Of a stretch of 64,000 nt of DNA, positions 22,901 to 37,900 are shown in pieces; positions within the stretch are counted from its first letter, which is position 1, and the number at the start of each line of letters is the position of its first letter. The position numbers and the translations under genes are program-made. The DNA is from Eledone cirrhosa (lineage: Eukaryota), in assembly GCA_964016885.1 (NCBI GenBank), contig OZ024740.1, positions 16,306,001-16,370,000 on the forward strand, written 5' to 3'. The notes below the pieces were generated by a model. The model had not been told where the DNA came from and did no database searches. It saw only the letters and a list, made by a program, of their open reading frames with translations.

Positions 22901-25900
22901 TGTAAATATGGTGGCTTCTAGACAGAGATTTGCAGGGAGACATCAGTGTAAATATGGTGGCTTCTGGACAGAGGTTTACAGGGAGACATCAGAGTAAATA
23001 TGGTGGCCTCTGGACAAAGGTTTACAAGGACACATCAGTGTAAATATGGTGGCTTCTAGATAGAGCTTTACAGGGAGATGTCAGAGTAAATATGGTGGCT
23101 TCTAGACAGAGGTTTACAGGGAAACATCAGTGTAAATATGGTGGCTTCCAGACGGAGGTTTACAGGGAGACATCAGTGTAAATATGGTGGCTTCTGGATA
23201 GAGGTTTACAGGGAGACATCAGTGTAAATATGGTGGCTTCTGGACAGAGGTTTACAGGAAGACATTAGTGTAAATATGGTGGCTTCTGGACAGAGGTTTA
23301 TAGGGATATATCAGTGTTAATATGGTGGCTTCTGGACAGAGGTTTACAGGGAGACATCAGTGTAAATGTGGTGGCATCTGGACAGAGGTTTACAGGGAGA
23401 CATCAGTGTAAATATGGTGGCTTCTGGACAGAGGTTTACAGGGAGACATCAGTGTAAATATGGTGGCTTCTAGACAGAGCTTTGCAGGGAGACATCAGTG
23501 TAAATATGGTGGCTTCTGGACAGAGGTTTACAGGGAGACATCAGAGTAAATATGGTGGCTTCTACACAGAGCTTTACAGGGAGACATCAGTGTAAATATG
23601 GTGGCATCTGGACAGTGGTTTACAGGGAGACATCAGTGTAAATATGGTGGCTTCAGGACAGAGCTTTACAGTGAGACATTTGTGTAAATATGGTGGCTTC
23701 TAGACAGAGGTTTACAGGGAGACATTAGTGTAAATATGGTGGCTTCTAGACAGAGCTTTACAGGGAGATATCAGAGTAAATATGGTGGCTTCTAAACAAA
23801 GCTTTACAGGGAGAGATCAGTGTAAATATGGTGGCTTCTAGACAGGTTTACTGGGATACATCACTGTAAATATCGTGGCTTCTGGACAAAGCTTTACAGG
23901 GAGACATCAGTGTAAATATTGTGGCTTCTAGACAGAGCTTTACAGGGAGACATCAGTGTAAATATGGTGGCTTCTAGACAGAGCTTTACAGGGAGACATC
24001 AGTGTAAATATGGTGGCTTCTGGACAGAGGTTTACAGGGAGACATCAGTGTAAATATGGTGGCTTCTGGACAGAGGTTTACAGGGAGACATCAGTGTAAA
24101 TGTGGTGGCATCTGGATGGAGGTTTACAGGGAGACATCAGTGTAAATATGGTGTCTTCTGGACAGAGGTTTAGAGGGAGATATTAGTGTAAATATGGTGT
24201 CTTCTGGACAGAGCTTTACAGGGAGACATCAGTGTAAATATGGTGGCTTCTAGACAGAGGTTTACTGGGAGACATCAGTGTAAATATGGTGGCTTCTAGA
24301 CAGGTTTACAGGGAGACATCAGTGTAAATATGGTGGCTTCTGGACAGAGGTTTACAGGGAGATATCAGTGTAAATATGGTGGCTTCTAGATAGAGATTTA
24401 CAGGGAGACATCTGTGTAAATATGGTGGCTTCTGGACAGAGGTTTACAGGGAGATATCATTGTAAATATGGTGGCTTCTAGACAGAGGTTTACAGGGAGA
24501 CATATGTGTAATTATGGTGGCTTCTAGACAGAGCTTTACAGGGAGATATCAGAGTAAATATTGTGGCTTCTAGACAAAGCATTACAGGGAGACATCAGTG
24601 TGAATATGGTTGCTTCTAGACAGAGGTTTACTGGGAGACATCAGTGTAAATATGGTGGCTTCTAGACAGAGCTTTACAGGGAGACATCAGTGTAAATATG
24701 GTGGCTTCTGGACAGAGGTTTACAGGGAGATATCAGTGTAAATATGGTGGCTTCTAGACAGAGCTTTGCAGGGAGACATCAGTGTAAATATGGTGGCTTC
24801 TGGACAGAGGTTTACAGGGAGACATCAGAGTAAATATGGTGGCTTCTAGACAGAGCTTTACAGGGAGACATCAGTGTAAATATGGTGGCATCTGGACAGA
24901 GGTTTACAGGGAGACATCAGTGTAAATATGGTGGCATCTGGACAAAGGTATACAGGGACACATCAGTGTAAATATCGTGGCTTCTAGACAGAGCTTTACA
25001 GGGAGATATCAGAGTAAATATGGTGGCTTCTGGACAGAGGTTTACAGGGAGATATCAGTGTAAATATGGTGGCTTCTAGACAGAGCTTTGCAGGGAGACA
25101 TCAGTGTAAATATGGTGGCTTCTGGACAGAAATTTACAGAGAGCATCAGTGTCAATATGGTGACTTCTGGACAGAGGTTTACAGGGAGACATCAGTGTAA
25201 ATATGGTGGGTTCTAGACAGAGGTTTACAGGGAGGCATCTGTGTAAATATGGTGGCTTCTGGACAGAGGTTTACAGGGAGACATCAGTGTAAATATGGTG
25301 GCTTCTAGATAGAGGTTTACAGGGAGACATCAGTGTAAATATGGTGGCTTCTAGACAGAGCTTTACAGGGAGATTTCAGAGTAAATATCGTGGCTTCTGG
25401 CCAAAGCTTTACAGGGAGACATCAGTGTAAATATGGTGGCTTCTAGACAGAGCTTTGCATGGAGACATAAGTGTAAATATGGTGGCTTCTGGACAGAGGT
25501 TTACAGGGAGACATCAGTGTAAATGTGGTGGCATCTGGACAGAGGTTTACAGGGAGACATCAGTGTAAATATGGTGTCTTCTGGACAGAGCTTTACAGGG
25601 AGACATTAGTGTAAATATGGTGGCTTCTAGACAGAGCTTTACAGGGAGATATCAGAGTAAATATGGTGGCTTCTGGACAGAGGTTTACAGGGAGACATCA
25701 GTGTAAATATGGTGGCTTCTGGACAGAGGTTTGCAGGGAGACATCAGTGTAAATATGGTGTCTTCTGGACAGAGCTTTACAGGGAGACATTAGTGTAAAT
25801 ATGGTGGCTTCTAGACAGAGCTTTACAGGGAGATATCAGAGTAAATATGGTGGCTTCTAGACAGAGCTTTACAGGGAGATATCAGAGTAAATATGGTGGC

Positions 25901-28900
25901 TTCTGGACAGAGGTTTGCAGGGAGACATCAGTGTAAATATGGTGTCTTCTGGACAGAGCTTTACAGGGAGACATTAGTGTAAATATGGTGGCTTCTAGAC
26001 AGAGATTTACAGGGAGATATCAGAGTAAATATGGTGGCCTCTGGACAGAGGTTTACAGGGAGACTTCAGTGTAAATATGGTGGCTTCTAGACAGAGATTT
26101 ACAGGGAGACATCTGTGTAAATATGGTGGCTTCTGGACAGAGGTTTACAGGGAGATATCAGTGTAAATATGGTGGCTTCTAGACAGAGCTTTACAGGGAG
26201 ATATCAGAGTAAATATGGTGGCTTCTAGACAAAGCGTTACAGGGAGACATCAGTGTAAACATGGTTGCTTCCAGACAGAGGTTTACTGGGAGACATCAGT
26301 GTAAATATGGTGGCTTCTAGACAAAGCTTTACAGGGAGACATCAGTGTAAATATGGTGGCTTCTGGACAGAGGTTTACAGGGAGATATCAGTGTAAATAT
26401 GGTGGCTTCTAGACAGAGATTTGCAGGGAGACATCAGTGTAAATATGGTGGCTTCTGGACAGAGGTTTACAGGGAGACATCAGAGTAAATATGGTGGCCT
26501 CTGGACAAAGGTTTACAAGGACACATCAGTGTAAATATGGTGGCTTCTAGATAGAGCTTTACAGGGAGATGTCAGAGTAAATATGGTGGCTTCTAGACAG
26601 AGGTTTACAGGGAAACCTCAGTGTAAAGATGGTGGCTTCCAGACGGAGGTTTACAGGGAGACATCAGTGTAAATATGGTGGCTTCTGGATAGAGGTTTAC
26701 AGGGAGACATCAGTGTAAATGTGGTGGCTTCTGGACAGAGGTTTACAGGAAGACATTAGTGTAAATATGGTGGCTTCTGGACAGAGGTTTATAGGGAGAT
26801 ATCAGTGTTAATATGGTGGCTTCTGGACAGAGGTTTACAGGGAGACATCAGTGTAAATATGGTTGCTTCTAGACAGAGGTTTACTGGGAGACATCAGTGT
26901 AAATATGGTGGCTTCTAGACAGAGCTTTACAGGGAGACATCAGTGTAAATATGGTTGCTTCTAGACAGAGGTTTACTGGGAGACATCAGTGTAAATATGG
27001 TGGCTTCTAGACAGAGCTTTACAGGGAGACATCAGTGTAAATATGGTGGCTTCTGGACAGAGGTTTACAGGGAGATATCAGTGTAAATATGGTGTCTTCT
27101 GGACAGAGGTTTAGAGGGAGATATTAGTGTAAATATGGTGTCTTCTGGACAGAGCTTTACAGGGAGACATCAGTGTAAATATGGTGGCTTCTAGACAGAG
27201 GTTTACTGGGAGACATCAGTGTAAATATGGTGGCTTCTAGACAGGTTTACAGGGAGACATCAGTGTAAATATGGTGGCTTCTGGACAGAGGTTTACAGGG
27301 AGATATCAGTGTAAATATGGTGGCTTCTAGATAGAGATTTACAGGGAGACATCTGTGTAAATATGGTGGCTTCTGGACAGAGGTTTACAGGGAGATATCA
27401 TTGTAAATATGGTGGCTTCTAGACAGAGGTTTACAGGGAGACATATGTGTAATTATGGTGGCTTCTAGACAGAGCTTTACAGGGAGATATCAGAGTAAAT
27501 ATGGTGGCTTCTAGACAAAGCATTACAGGGAGACATCAGTGTGAATATGGTTGCTTCTAGACAGAGGTTTACTGGGAGACATCAGTGTAAATATGGTGGC
27601 TTCTAGACAGAGCTTTACAGGGAGACATCAGTGTAAATATGGTGGCTTCTGGACAGAGGTTTACAGGGAGATATCAGTGTAAATATGGTGGCTTCTAGAC
27701 AGAGCTTTGCAGGGAGACATCAGTGTAAATATGGTGGCTTCTGGACAGAGGTTTACAGGGAGACATCAGAGTAAATATGGTGGCTTCTAGACAGAGCTTT
27801 ACAGGGAGACATCAGTGTAAATATGGTGGCATCTGGACAGAGGTTTACAGGGAGACATCAGTGTAAATATGGTGGCATCTGGACAAAGGTTTACAGGGAC
27901 ACATCAGTGTAAATATCGTGGCTTCTAGACAGAGCTTTACAGGGAGATATCAGAGTAAATATGGTGGCTTCTGGACAGAGGTTTACAGGGAGATATCAGT
28001 GTAAATATGGTGGCTTCTAGACAGAGCTTTGCAGGGAGACATCAGTGTAAATATGGTGGCTTCTGGACAGAAATTTACAGAGAGCATCAGTGTAAATATG
28101 GTGACTTCTGGACAGAGGTTTACAGGGAGACATCAGTGTAAATATGGTGGGTTCTAGACAGAGGTTTACAGGGAGGCATCTGTGTAAATATGGTGGCTTC
28201 TGGACAGAGGTTTACAGGGAGACATCAGTGTAAATATGGTGGCTTCTAGATAGAGGTTTACAGGGAGACATCAGTGTAAATATGGTGGCTTCTAGACAGA
28301 GCTTTACAGGGAGATTTCAGAGTAAATATCGTGGCTTCTGGCCAAAGCTTTACAGGGAGACATCAGTGTAAATATGGTGGCTTCTAGACAGAGCTTTGCA
28401 TGGAGACATAAGTGTAAATATGGTGGCTTCTGGACAGAGGTTTACAGGGAGACATCAGTGTAAATGTGGTGGCATCTGGACAGAGGTTTACAGGGAGACA
28501 TCAGTGTAAATATGGTGTCTTCTGGACAGAGCTTTACAGGGAGACATTAGTGTAAATATGGTGGCTTCTAGACAGAGCTTTACAGGGAGATATCAGAGTA
28601 AATATGGTGGCTTCTGGACAGAGGTTTACAGGGAGACATCAGTGTAAATATGGTGGCTTCTGGACAGAGGTTTGCAGGGAGACATCAGTGTAAATATGGT
28701 GTCTTCTGGACAGAGCTTTACAGGGAGACATTAGTGTAAATATGGTGGCTTCTAGACAGAGCTTTACAGGGAGATATCAGAGTAAATATGGTGGCTTCTA
28801 GACAGAGCTTTACAGGGAGATATCAGAGTAAATATGGTGGCTTCTGGACAGAGGTTTGCAGGGAGACATCAGTGTAAATATGGTGTCTTCTGGACAGAGC

Positions 28901-31900
28901 TTTACAGGGAGACATTAGTGTAAATATGGTGGCTTCTAGACAGAGATTTACAGGGAGATATCAGAGTAAATATCGTGGCTTCTGGACAGAGGTTTACAGG
29001 GAGACTTCAGTGTAAATATGGTGGCTTCTAGACAGAGATTTACAGGGAGACATCTGTGTAAATATGGTGGCTTCTGGACAGAGGTTTACAGGGAGATATC
29101 AGTGTAAATATGGTGGCTTCTAGACAGAGCTTTACAGGGAGATATCAGAGTAAATATGGTGGCTTCTAGACAAAGCGTTACAGGGAGACATCAGTGTAAA
29201 CATGGTTGCTTCCAGACAGAGGTTTACTGGGAGACATCAGTGTAAATATGGTGGCTTCTAGACAAAGTTTTACAGGGAGACATCAGTGTAAATATGGTGG
29301 CTTCTGGACAGAGGTTTACAGGGAGATATCAGTGTAAATATGGTGGCTTCTAGACAGAGATTTGCAGGGAGACATCAGTGTAAATATGGTGGCTTCTGGA
29401 CAGAGGTTTACAGGGAGACATCAGAGTAAATATGGTGGCCTCTGGACAAAGGTTTACAAGGACACATCAGTGTAAATATGGTGGCTTCTAGATAGAGCTT
29501 TACAGGGAGATGTCAGAGTAAATATGGTGGCTTCTAGACAGAGGTTTACAGGGAAACCTCAGTGTAAAGATGGTGGCTTCCAGACGGAGGTTTACAGGGA
29601 GACATCAGTGTAAATATGGTGGCTTCTGGATAGAGGTTTACAGGGAGACATCAGTGTAAATGTGGTGGCTTCTGGACAGAGGTTTACAGGAAGACATTAG
29701 TGTAAATATGGTGGCTTCTGGACAGAGGTTTATAGGGAGATATCAGTGTTAATATGGTGGCTTCTGGACAGAGGTTTACAGGGAGACATCAGTGTAAATA
29801 TGGTGGCTTCTGGAGAGAGGTTTACAGGGAGACATCAGTGTAAATATGGTGGCTTCTAGACAGAGCTTTGCAGGGAGACATCAGTGTAAATATGGTGGCT
29901 TCTGGACAATGGTTTACAGGGAGACATCAGAGTAAATATGGTGGCTTCTACACAGAGCTTTACAGGGAGACATCAGTGTAAATATGGTGGCATCTGGAAA
30001 GAGGTTTACAGGGAGACATCAGTGTAAATATGGTGGCTTCTGGACAGAGCTTTACAGTGAGACATTAGTGTAAATATGGTGGCTTCTAGACAGAGGTTTA
30101 CAGGGAGACATTAGTGTAAATATGGTGGCTTCTAGACAGAGCTTTACAGGGAGATATCAGAGTAAATATGGTGGCTTCTAAACAAAGCTTTACAGGGAGA
30201 GATCAGTGTAAATATGGTGGCTTCTAGACAGGTTTACTGGGATACATCACTGTAAATATCGTGGCTTCTGGACAAAGCTTTACAGGGAGACATCAGTGTA
30301 AATATTGTGGCTTCTAGACAGAGCTTTACAGGGAGACATCAGTGTAAATATGGTGGCTTCTAGACAGAGCTTTACAGGGAGACATCAGTGTAAATATGGT
30401 GGCTTCTGGACAGAGGTTTACAGGGAGACATCAGTGTAAATATGGTGGCTTCTGGACAGAGGTTTACAGGGAGACATCAGTGTAAATGTGGTGGCATCTG
30501 GATGGAGGTTTACAGGGAGACATCAGTGTAAATATGGTGTCTTCTGGACAGAGCTTTACAGGGAGACATTAGTGTAAATATGGTGGCTTCTAGACAGAGA
30601 TTTACAGGGAGACATCAGTGTAAATATGGTTGCTTCTAGACAGAGGTTTACTGGGAGACATCAGTGTAAATATGGTGGCTTCTAGACAGAGCTTTACAGG
30701 GAGACATCAGTGTAAATATGGTGGCTTCTGGACAGAGGTTTACAGGGAGATATCAGTGTAAATATGGTGTCTTCTGGACAGAGGTTTAGAGGGAGATATT
30801 AGTGTAAATATGGTGTCTTCTGGACAGAGCTTTACAGGGAGACATCAGTGTAAATATGGTGGCTTCTAGACAGAGGTTTACTGGGAGACATCAGTGTAAA
30901 TATGGTGGCTTCTAGACAGGTTTACAGGGAGACATCAGTGTAAATATGGTGGCTTCTGGACAGAGGTTTACAGGGAGATATCAGTGTAAATATGGTGGCT
31001 TCTAGATAGAGCTTTACAGGGAGACATCTGTGTAAATATGGTGGCTTCTGGACAGAGGTTTACAGGGAGGTATCATTGTAAATATGGTGGCTTCTAGACA
31101 GAGGTTTACAGGGAGACATATGTGTAATTATGGTGGCTTCTAGACAGAGCTTTACAGGGAGATATCAGAGTAAATATGGTGGCTTCTAGACAAAGCATTA
31201 CAGGGAGACATCAGTGTAAGTATGGTTGCTTCTAGACAGAGGTTTACTGGGAGACATCAGTGTAAATATGGTGGCTTCTAGACAGAGCTTTACAGGGAGA
31301 CATCAGTGTAAATATGGTGGCTTCTGGACAGAGGTTTACAGGGAGATATCAGTGTAAATATGGTGGCTTCTAGACAGAGCTTTGCAGGGAGACATCAGTG
31401 TAAATATGGTGGCTTCTGGACAGAGGTTTACAGGGAGACATCAGAGTAAATATGGTGGCTTCTAGACAGAGCTTTACAGGGAGACATCAGTGTAAATATG
31501 GTGGCATCTGGACAGAGGTTTACAGGGAGACATCAGTGTAAATATGGTGGCATCTGGACAAAGGTTTACAGGGACACATCAGTGTAAATATCGTGGCTTC
31601 TAGACAGAGCTTTACAGGGAGATATCAGAGTAAATATGGTGGCTTCTGGACAGAGGTTTACAGGGAGATATCAGTGTAAATATGGTGGCTTCTAGACAGA
31701 GCTTTGCAGGGAGACATCAGTGTAAATATGGTGGCTTCTGGACAGAAATTTACAGAGAGCATCAGTGTAAATATGGTGACTTCTGGACAGAGGTTTACAG
31801 GGAGACATCAGTGTAAATATGGTGGGTTCTAGACAGAGGTTTACAGGGAGGCATCTGTGTAAATATGGTGGCTTCTGGACAGAGGTTTACAGGGAGACAT

Positions 31901-34900
31901 CAGTGTAAATATGGTGGCTTCTAGATAGAGGTTTACAGGGAGACATCAGTGTAAATATGGTGGCTTCTAGACAGAGCTTTACAGGGAGATTTCAGAGTAA
32001 ATATCGTGGCTTCTGGCCAAAGCTTTACAGGGAGACATCAGTGTAAATATGGTGGCTTCTAGACAGAGCTTTGCATGGAGACATAAGTGTAAATATGGTG
32101 GCTTCTGGACAGAGGTTTACAGGGAGACATCAGTGTAAATGTGGTGGCATCTGGACAGAGGTTTACAGGGAGACATCAGTGTAAATATGGTGTCTTCTGG
32201 ACAGAGCTTTACAGGGAGACATTAGTGTAAATATGGTGGCTTCTAGACAGAGCTTTACAGGGAGATATCAGAGTAAATATGGTGGCTTCTGGACAGAGGT
32301 TTACAGGGAGACATCAGTGTAAATATGGTGGCTTCTGGACAGAGGTTTGCAGGGAGACATCAGTGTAAATATGGTGTCTTCTGGACAGAGCTTTACAGGG
32401 AGACATTAGTGTAAATATGGTGGCTTCTAGACAGAGCTTTACAGGGAGATATCAGAGTAAATATGGTGGCTTCTAGACAGAGCTTTACAGGGAGATATCA
32501 GAGTAAATATGGTGGCTTCTGGACAGAGGTTTGCAGGGAGACATCAGTGTAAATATGGTGTCTTCTGGACAGAGCTTTACAGGGAGACATTAGTGTAAAT
32601 ATGGTGGCTTCTAGACAGAGATTTACAGGGAGATATCAGAGTAAATATGGTGGCTTCTGGACAGAGGTTTACAGGGAGACTTCAGTGTAAATATGGTGGC
32701 TTCTAGACAGAGATTTACAGGGAGACATCTGTGTAAATATGGTGGCTTCTGGACAGAGGTTTACAGGGAGATATCAGTGTAAATATGGTGGCTTCTAGAC
32801 AGAGCTTTACAGGGAGATATCAGAGTAAATATGGTGGCTTCTAGACAAAGCGTTACAGGGAGACATCAGTGTAAACATGGTTGCTTCCAGACAGAGGTTT
32901 ACTGGGAGACATCAGTGTAAATATGGTGGCTTCTAGACAAAGCTTTACAGGGAGACATCAGTGTAAATATGGTGGCTTCTGGACAGAGGTTTACAGGGAG
33001 ATATCAGTGTAAATATGGTGGCTTCTAGACAGAGATTTGCAGGGAGACATCAGTGTAAATATGGTGGCTTCTGGACAGAGGTTTACAGGGAGACATCAGA
33101 GTAAATATGGTGGCCTCTGGACAAAGGTTTACAAGGACACATCAGTGTAAATATGGTGGCTTCTAGATAGAGCTTTACAGGGAGATGTCAGAGTAAATAT
33201 GGTGGCTTCTAGACAGAGGTTTACAGGGAAACCTCAGTGTAAAGATGGTGGCTTCCAGACGGAGGTTTACAGGGAGACATCAGTGTAAATATGGTGGCTT
33301 CTGGATAGAGGTTTACAGGGAGACATCAGTGTAAATGTGGTGGCTTCTGGACAGAGGTTTACAGGAAGACATTAGTGTAAATATGGTGGCTTCTGGACAG
33401 AGGTTTATAGGGAGATATCAGTGTTAATATGGTGGCTTCTGGACAGAGGTTTACAGGGAGACATCAGTGTAAATATGGTTGCTTCTAGACAGAGGTTTAC
33501 TGGGAGACATCAGTGTAAATATGGTGGCTTCTAGACAGAGCTTTACAGGGAGACATCAGTGTAAATATGGTTGCTTCTAGACAGAGGTTTACTGGGAGAC
33601 ATCAGTGTAAATATGGTGGCTTCTAGACAGAGCTTTACAGGGAGACATCAGTGTAAATATGGTGGCTTCTGGACAGAGGTTTACAGGGAGATATCAGTGT
33701 AAATATGGTGTCTTCTGGACAGAGGTTTAGAGGGAGATATTAGTGTAAATATGGTGTCTTCTGGACAGAGCTTTACAGGGAGACATCAGTGTAAATATGG
33801 TGGCTTCTAGACAGAGGTTTACTGGGAGACATCAGTGTAAATATGGTGGCTTCTAGACAGGTTTACAGGGAGACATCAGTGTAAATATGGTGGCTTCTGG
33901 ACAGAGGTTTACAGGGAGATATCAGTGTAAATATGGTGGCTTCTAGATAGAGATTTACAGGGAGACATCTGTGTAAATATGGTGGCTTCTGGACAGAGGT
34001 TTACAGGGAGATATCATTGTAAATATGGTGGCTTCTAGACAGAGGTTTACAGGGAGACATATGTGTAATTATGGTGGCTTCTAGACAGAGCTTTACAGGG
34101 AGATATCAGAGTAAATATGGTGGCTTCTAGACAAAGCATTACAGGGAGACATCAGTGTGAATATGGTTGCTTCTAGACAGAGGTTTACTGGGAGACATCA
34201 GTGTAAATATGGTGGCTTCTAGACAGAGCTTTACAGGGAGACATCAGTGTAAATATGGTGGCTTCTGGACAGAGGTTTACAGGGAGATATCAGTGTAAAT
34301 ATGGTGGCTTCTAGACAGAGCTTTGCAGGGAGACATCAGTGTAAATATGGTGGCTTCTGGACAGAGGTTTACAGGGAGACATCAGAGTAAATATGGTGGC
34401 TTCTAGACAGAGCTTTACAGGGAGACATCAGTGTAAATATGGTGGCATCTGGACAGAGGTTTACAGGGAGACATCAGTGTAAATATGGTGGCATCTGGAC
34501 AAAGGTTTACAGGGACACATCAGTGTAAATATCGTGGCTTCTAGACAGAGCTTTACAGGGAGATATCAGAGTAAATATGGTGGCTTCTGGACAGAGGTTT
34601 ACAGGGAGATATCAGTGTAAATATGGTGGCTTCTAGACAGAGCTTTGCAGGGAGACATCAGTGTAAATATGGTGGCTTCTGGACAGAAATTTACAGAGAG
34701 CATCAGTGTAAATATGGTGACTTCTGGACAGAGGTTTACAGGGAGACATCAGTGTAAATATGGTGGGTTCTAGACAGAGGTTTACAGGGAGGCATCTGTG
34801 TAAATATGGTGGCTTCTGGACAGAGGTTTACAGGGAGACATCAGTGTAAATATGGTGGCTTCTAGATAGAGGTTTACAGGGAGACATCAGTGTAAATATG

Positions 34901-37900
34901 GTGGCTTCTAGACAGAGCTTTACAGGGAGATTTCAGAGTAAATATCGTGGCTTCTGGCCAAAGCTTTACAGGGAGACATCAGTGTAAATATGGTGGCTTC
35001 TAGACAGAGCTTTGCATGGAGACATAAGTGTAAATATGGTGGCTTCTGGACAGAGGTTTACAGGGAGACATCAGTGTAAATGTGGTGGCATCTGGACAGA
35101 GGTTTACAGGGAGACATCAGTGTAAATATGGTGTCTTCTGGACAGAGCTTTACAGGGAGACATTAGTGTAAATATGGTGGCTTCTAGACAGAGCTTTACA
35201 GGGAGATATCAGAGTAAATATGGTGGCTTCTGGACAGAGGTTTACAGGGAGACATCAGTGTAAATATGGTGGCTTCTGGACAGAGGTTTGCAGGGAGACA
35301 TCAGTGTAAATATGGTGTCTTCTGGACAGAGCTTTACAGGGAGACATTAGTGTAAATATGGTGGCTTCTAGACAGAGCTTTACAGGGAGATATCAGAGTA
35401 AATATGGTGGCTTCTAGACAGAGCTTTACAGGGAGATATCAGAGTAAATATGGTGGCTTCTGGACAGAGGTTTGCAGGGAGACATCAGTGTAAATATGGT
35501 GTCTTCTGGACAGAGCTTTACAGGGAGACATTAGTGTAAATATGGTGGCTTCTAGACAGAGATTTACAGGGAGATATCAGAGTAAATATCGTGGCTTCTG
35601 GACAGAGGTTTACAGGGAGACTTCAGTGTAAATATGGTGGCTTCTAGACAGAGATTTACAGGGAGACATCTGTGTAAATATGGTGGCTTCTGGACAGAGG
35701 TTTACAGGGAGATATCAGTGTAAATATGGTGGCTTCTAGACAGAGCTTTACAGGGAGATATCAGAGTAAATATGGTGGCTTCTAGACAAAGCGTTACAGG
35801 GAGACATCAGTGTAAACATGGTTGCTTCCAGACAGAGGTTTACTGGGAGACATCAGTGTAAATATGGTGGCTTCTAGACAAAGTTTTACAGGGAGACATC
35901 AGTGTAAATATGGTGGCTTCTGGACAGAGGTTTACAGGGAGATATCAGTGTAAATATGGTGGCTTCTAGACAGAGATTTGCAGGGAGACATCAGTGTAAA
36001 TATGGTGGCTTCTGGACAGAGGTTTACAGGGAGACATCAGAGTAAATATGGTGGCCTCTGGACAAAGGTTTACAAGGACACATCAGTGTAAATATGGTGG
36101 CTTCTAGATAGAGCTTTACAGGGAGATGTCAGAGTAAATATGGTGGCTTCTAGACAGAGGTTTACAGGGAAACCTCAGTGTAAAGATGGTGGCTTCCAGA
36201 CGGAGGTTTACAGGGAGACATCAGTGTAAATATGGTGGCTTCTGGATAGAGGTTTACAGGGAGACATCAGTGTAAATGTGGTGGCTTCTGGACAGAGGTT
36301 TACAGGAAGACATTAGTGTAAATATGGTGGCTTCTGGACAGAGGTTTATAGGGAGATATCAGTGTTAATATGGTGGCTTCTGGACAGAGGTTTACAGGGA
36401 GACATCAGTGTAAATATGGTGGCTTCTGGAGAGAGGTTTACAGGGAGACATCAGTGTAAATATGGTGGCTTCTAGACAGAGCTTTGCAGGGAGACATCAG
36501 TGTAAATATGGTGGCTTCTGGACAATGGTTTACAGGGAGACATCAGAGTAAATATGGTGGCTTCTACACAGAGCTTTACAGGGAGACATCAGTGTAAATA
36601 TGGTGGCATCTGGAAAGAGGTTTACAGGGAGACATCAGTGTAAATATGGTGGCTTCTGGACAGAGCTTTACAGTGAGACATTAGTGTAAATATGGTGGCT
36701 TCTAGACAGAGGTTTACAGGGAGACATTAGTGTAAATATGGTGGCTTCTAGACAGAGCTTTACAGGGAGATATCAGAGTAAATATGGTGGCTTCTAAACA
36801 AAGCTTTACAGGGAGAGATCAGTGTAAATATGGTGGCTTCTAGACAGGTTTACTGGGATACATCACTGTAAATATCGTGGCTTCTGGACAAAGCTTTACA
36901 GGGAGACATCAGTGTAAATATTGTGGCTTCTAGACAGAGCTTTACAGGGAGACATCAGTGTAAATATGGTGGCTTCTAGACAGAGCTTTACAGGGAGACA
37001 TCAGTGTAAATATGGTGGCTTCTGGACAGAGGTTTACAGGGAGACATCAGTGTAAATATGGTGGCTTCTGGACAGAGGTTTACAGGGAGACATCAGTGTA
37101 AATGTGGTGGCATCTGGATGGAGGTTTACAGGGAGACATCAGTGTAAATATGGTGTCTTCTGGACAGAGCTTTACAGGGAGACATTAGTGTAAATATGGT
37201 GGCTTCTAGACAGAGATTTACAGGGAGACATCAGTGTAAATATGGTTGCTTCTAGACAGAGGTTTACTGGGAGACATCAGTGTAAATATGGTGGCTTCTA
37301 GACAGAGCTTTACAGGGAGACATCAGTGTAAATATGGTGGCTTCTGGACAGAGGTTTACAGGGAGATATCAGTGTAAATATGGTGTCTTCTGGACAGAGG
37401 TTTAGAGGGAGATATTAGTGTAAATATGGTGTCTTCTGGACAGAGCTTTACAGGGAGACATCAGTGTAAATATGGTGGCTTCTAGACAGAGGTTTACTGG
37501 GAGACATCAGTGTAAATATGGTGGCTTCTAGACAGGTTTACAGGGAGACATCAGTGTAAATATGGTGGCTTCTGGACAGAGGTTTACAGGGAGATATCAG
37601 TGTAAATATGGTGGCTTCTAGATAGAGCTTTACAGGGAGACATCTGTGTAAATATGGTGGCTTCTGGACAGAGGTTTACAGGGAGGTATCATTGTAAATA
37701 TGGTGGCTTCTAGACAGAGGTTTACAGGGAGACATATGTGTAATTATGGTGGCTTCTAGACAGAGCTTTACAGGGAGATATCAGAGTAAATATGGTGGCT
37801 TCTAGACAAAGCATTACAGGGAGACATCAGTGTAAGTATGGTTGCTTCTAGACAGAGGTTTACTGGGAGACATCAGTGTAAATATGGTGGCTTCTAGACA

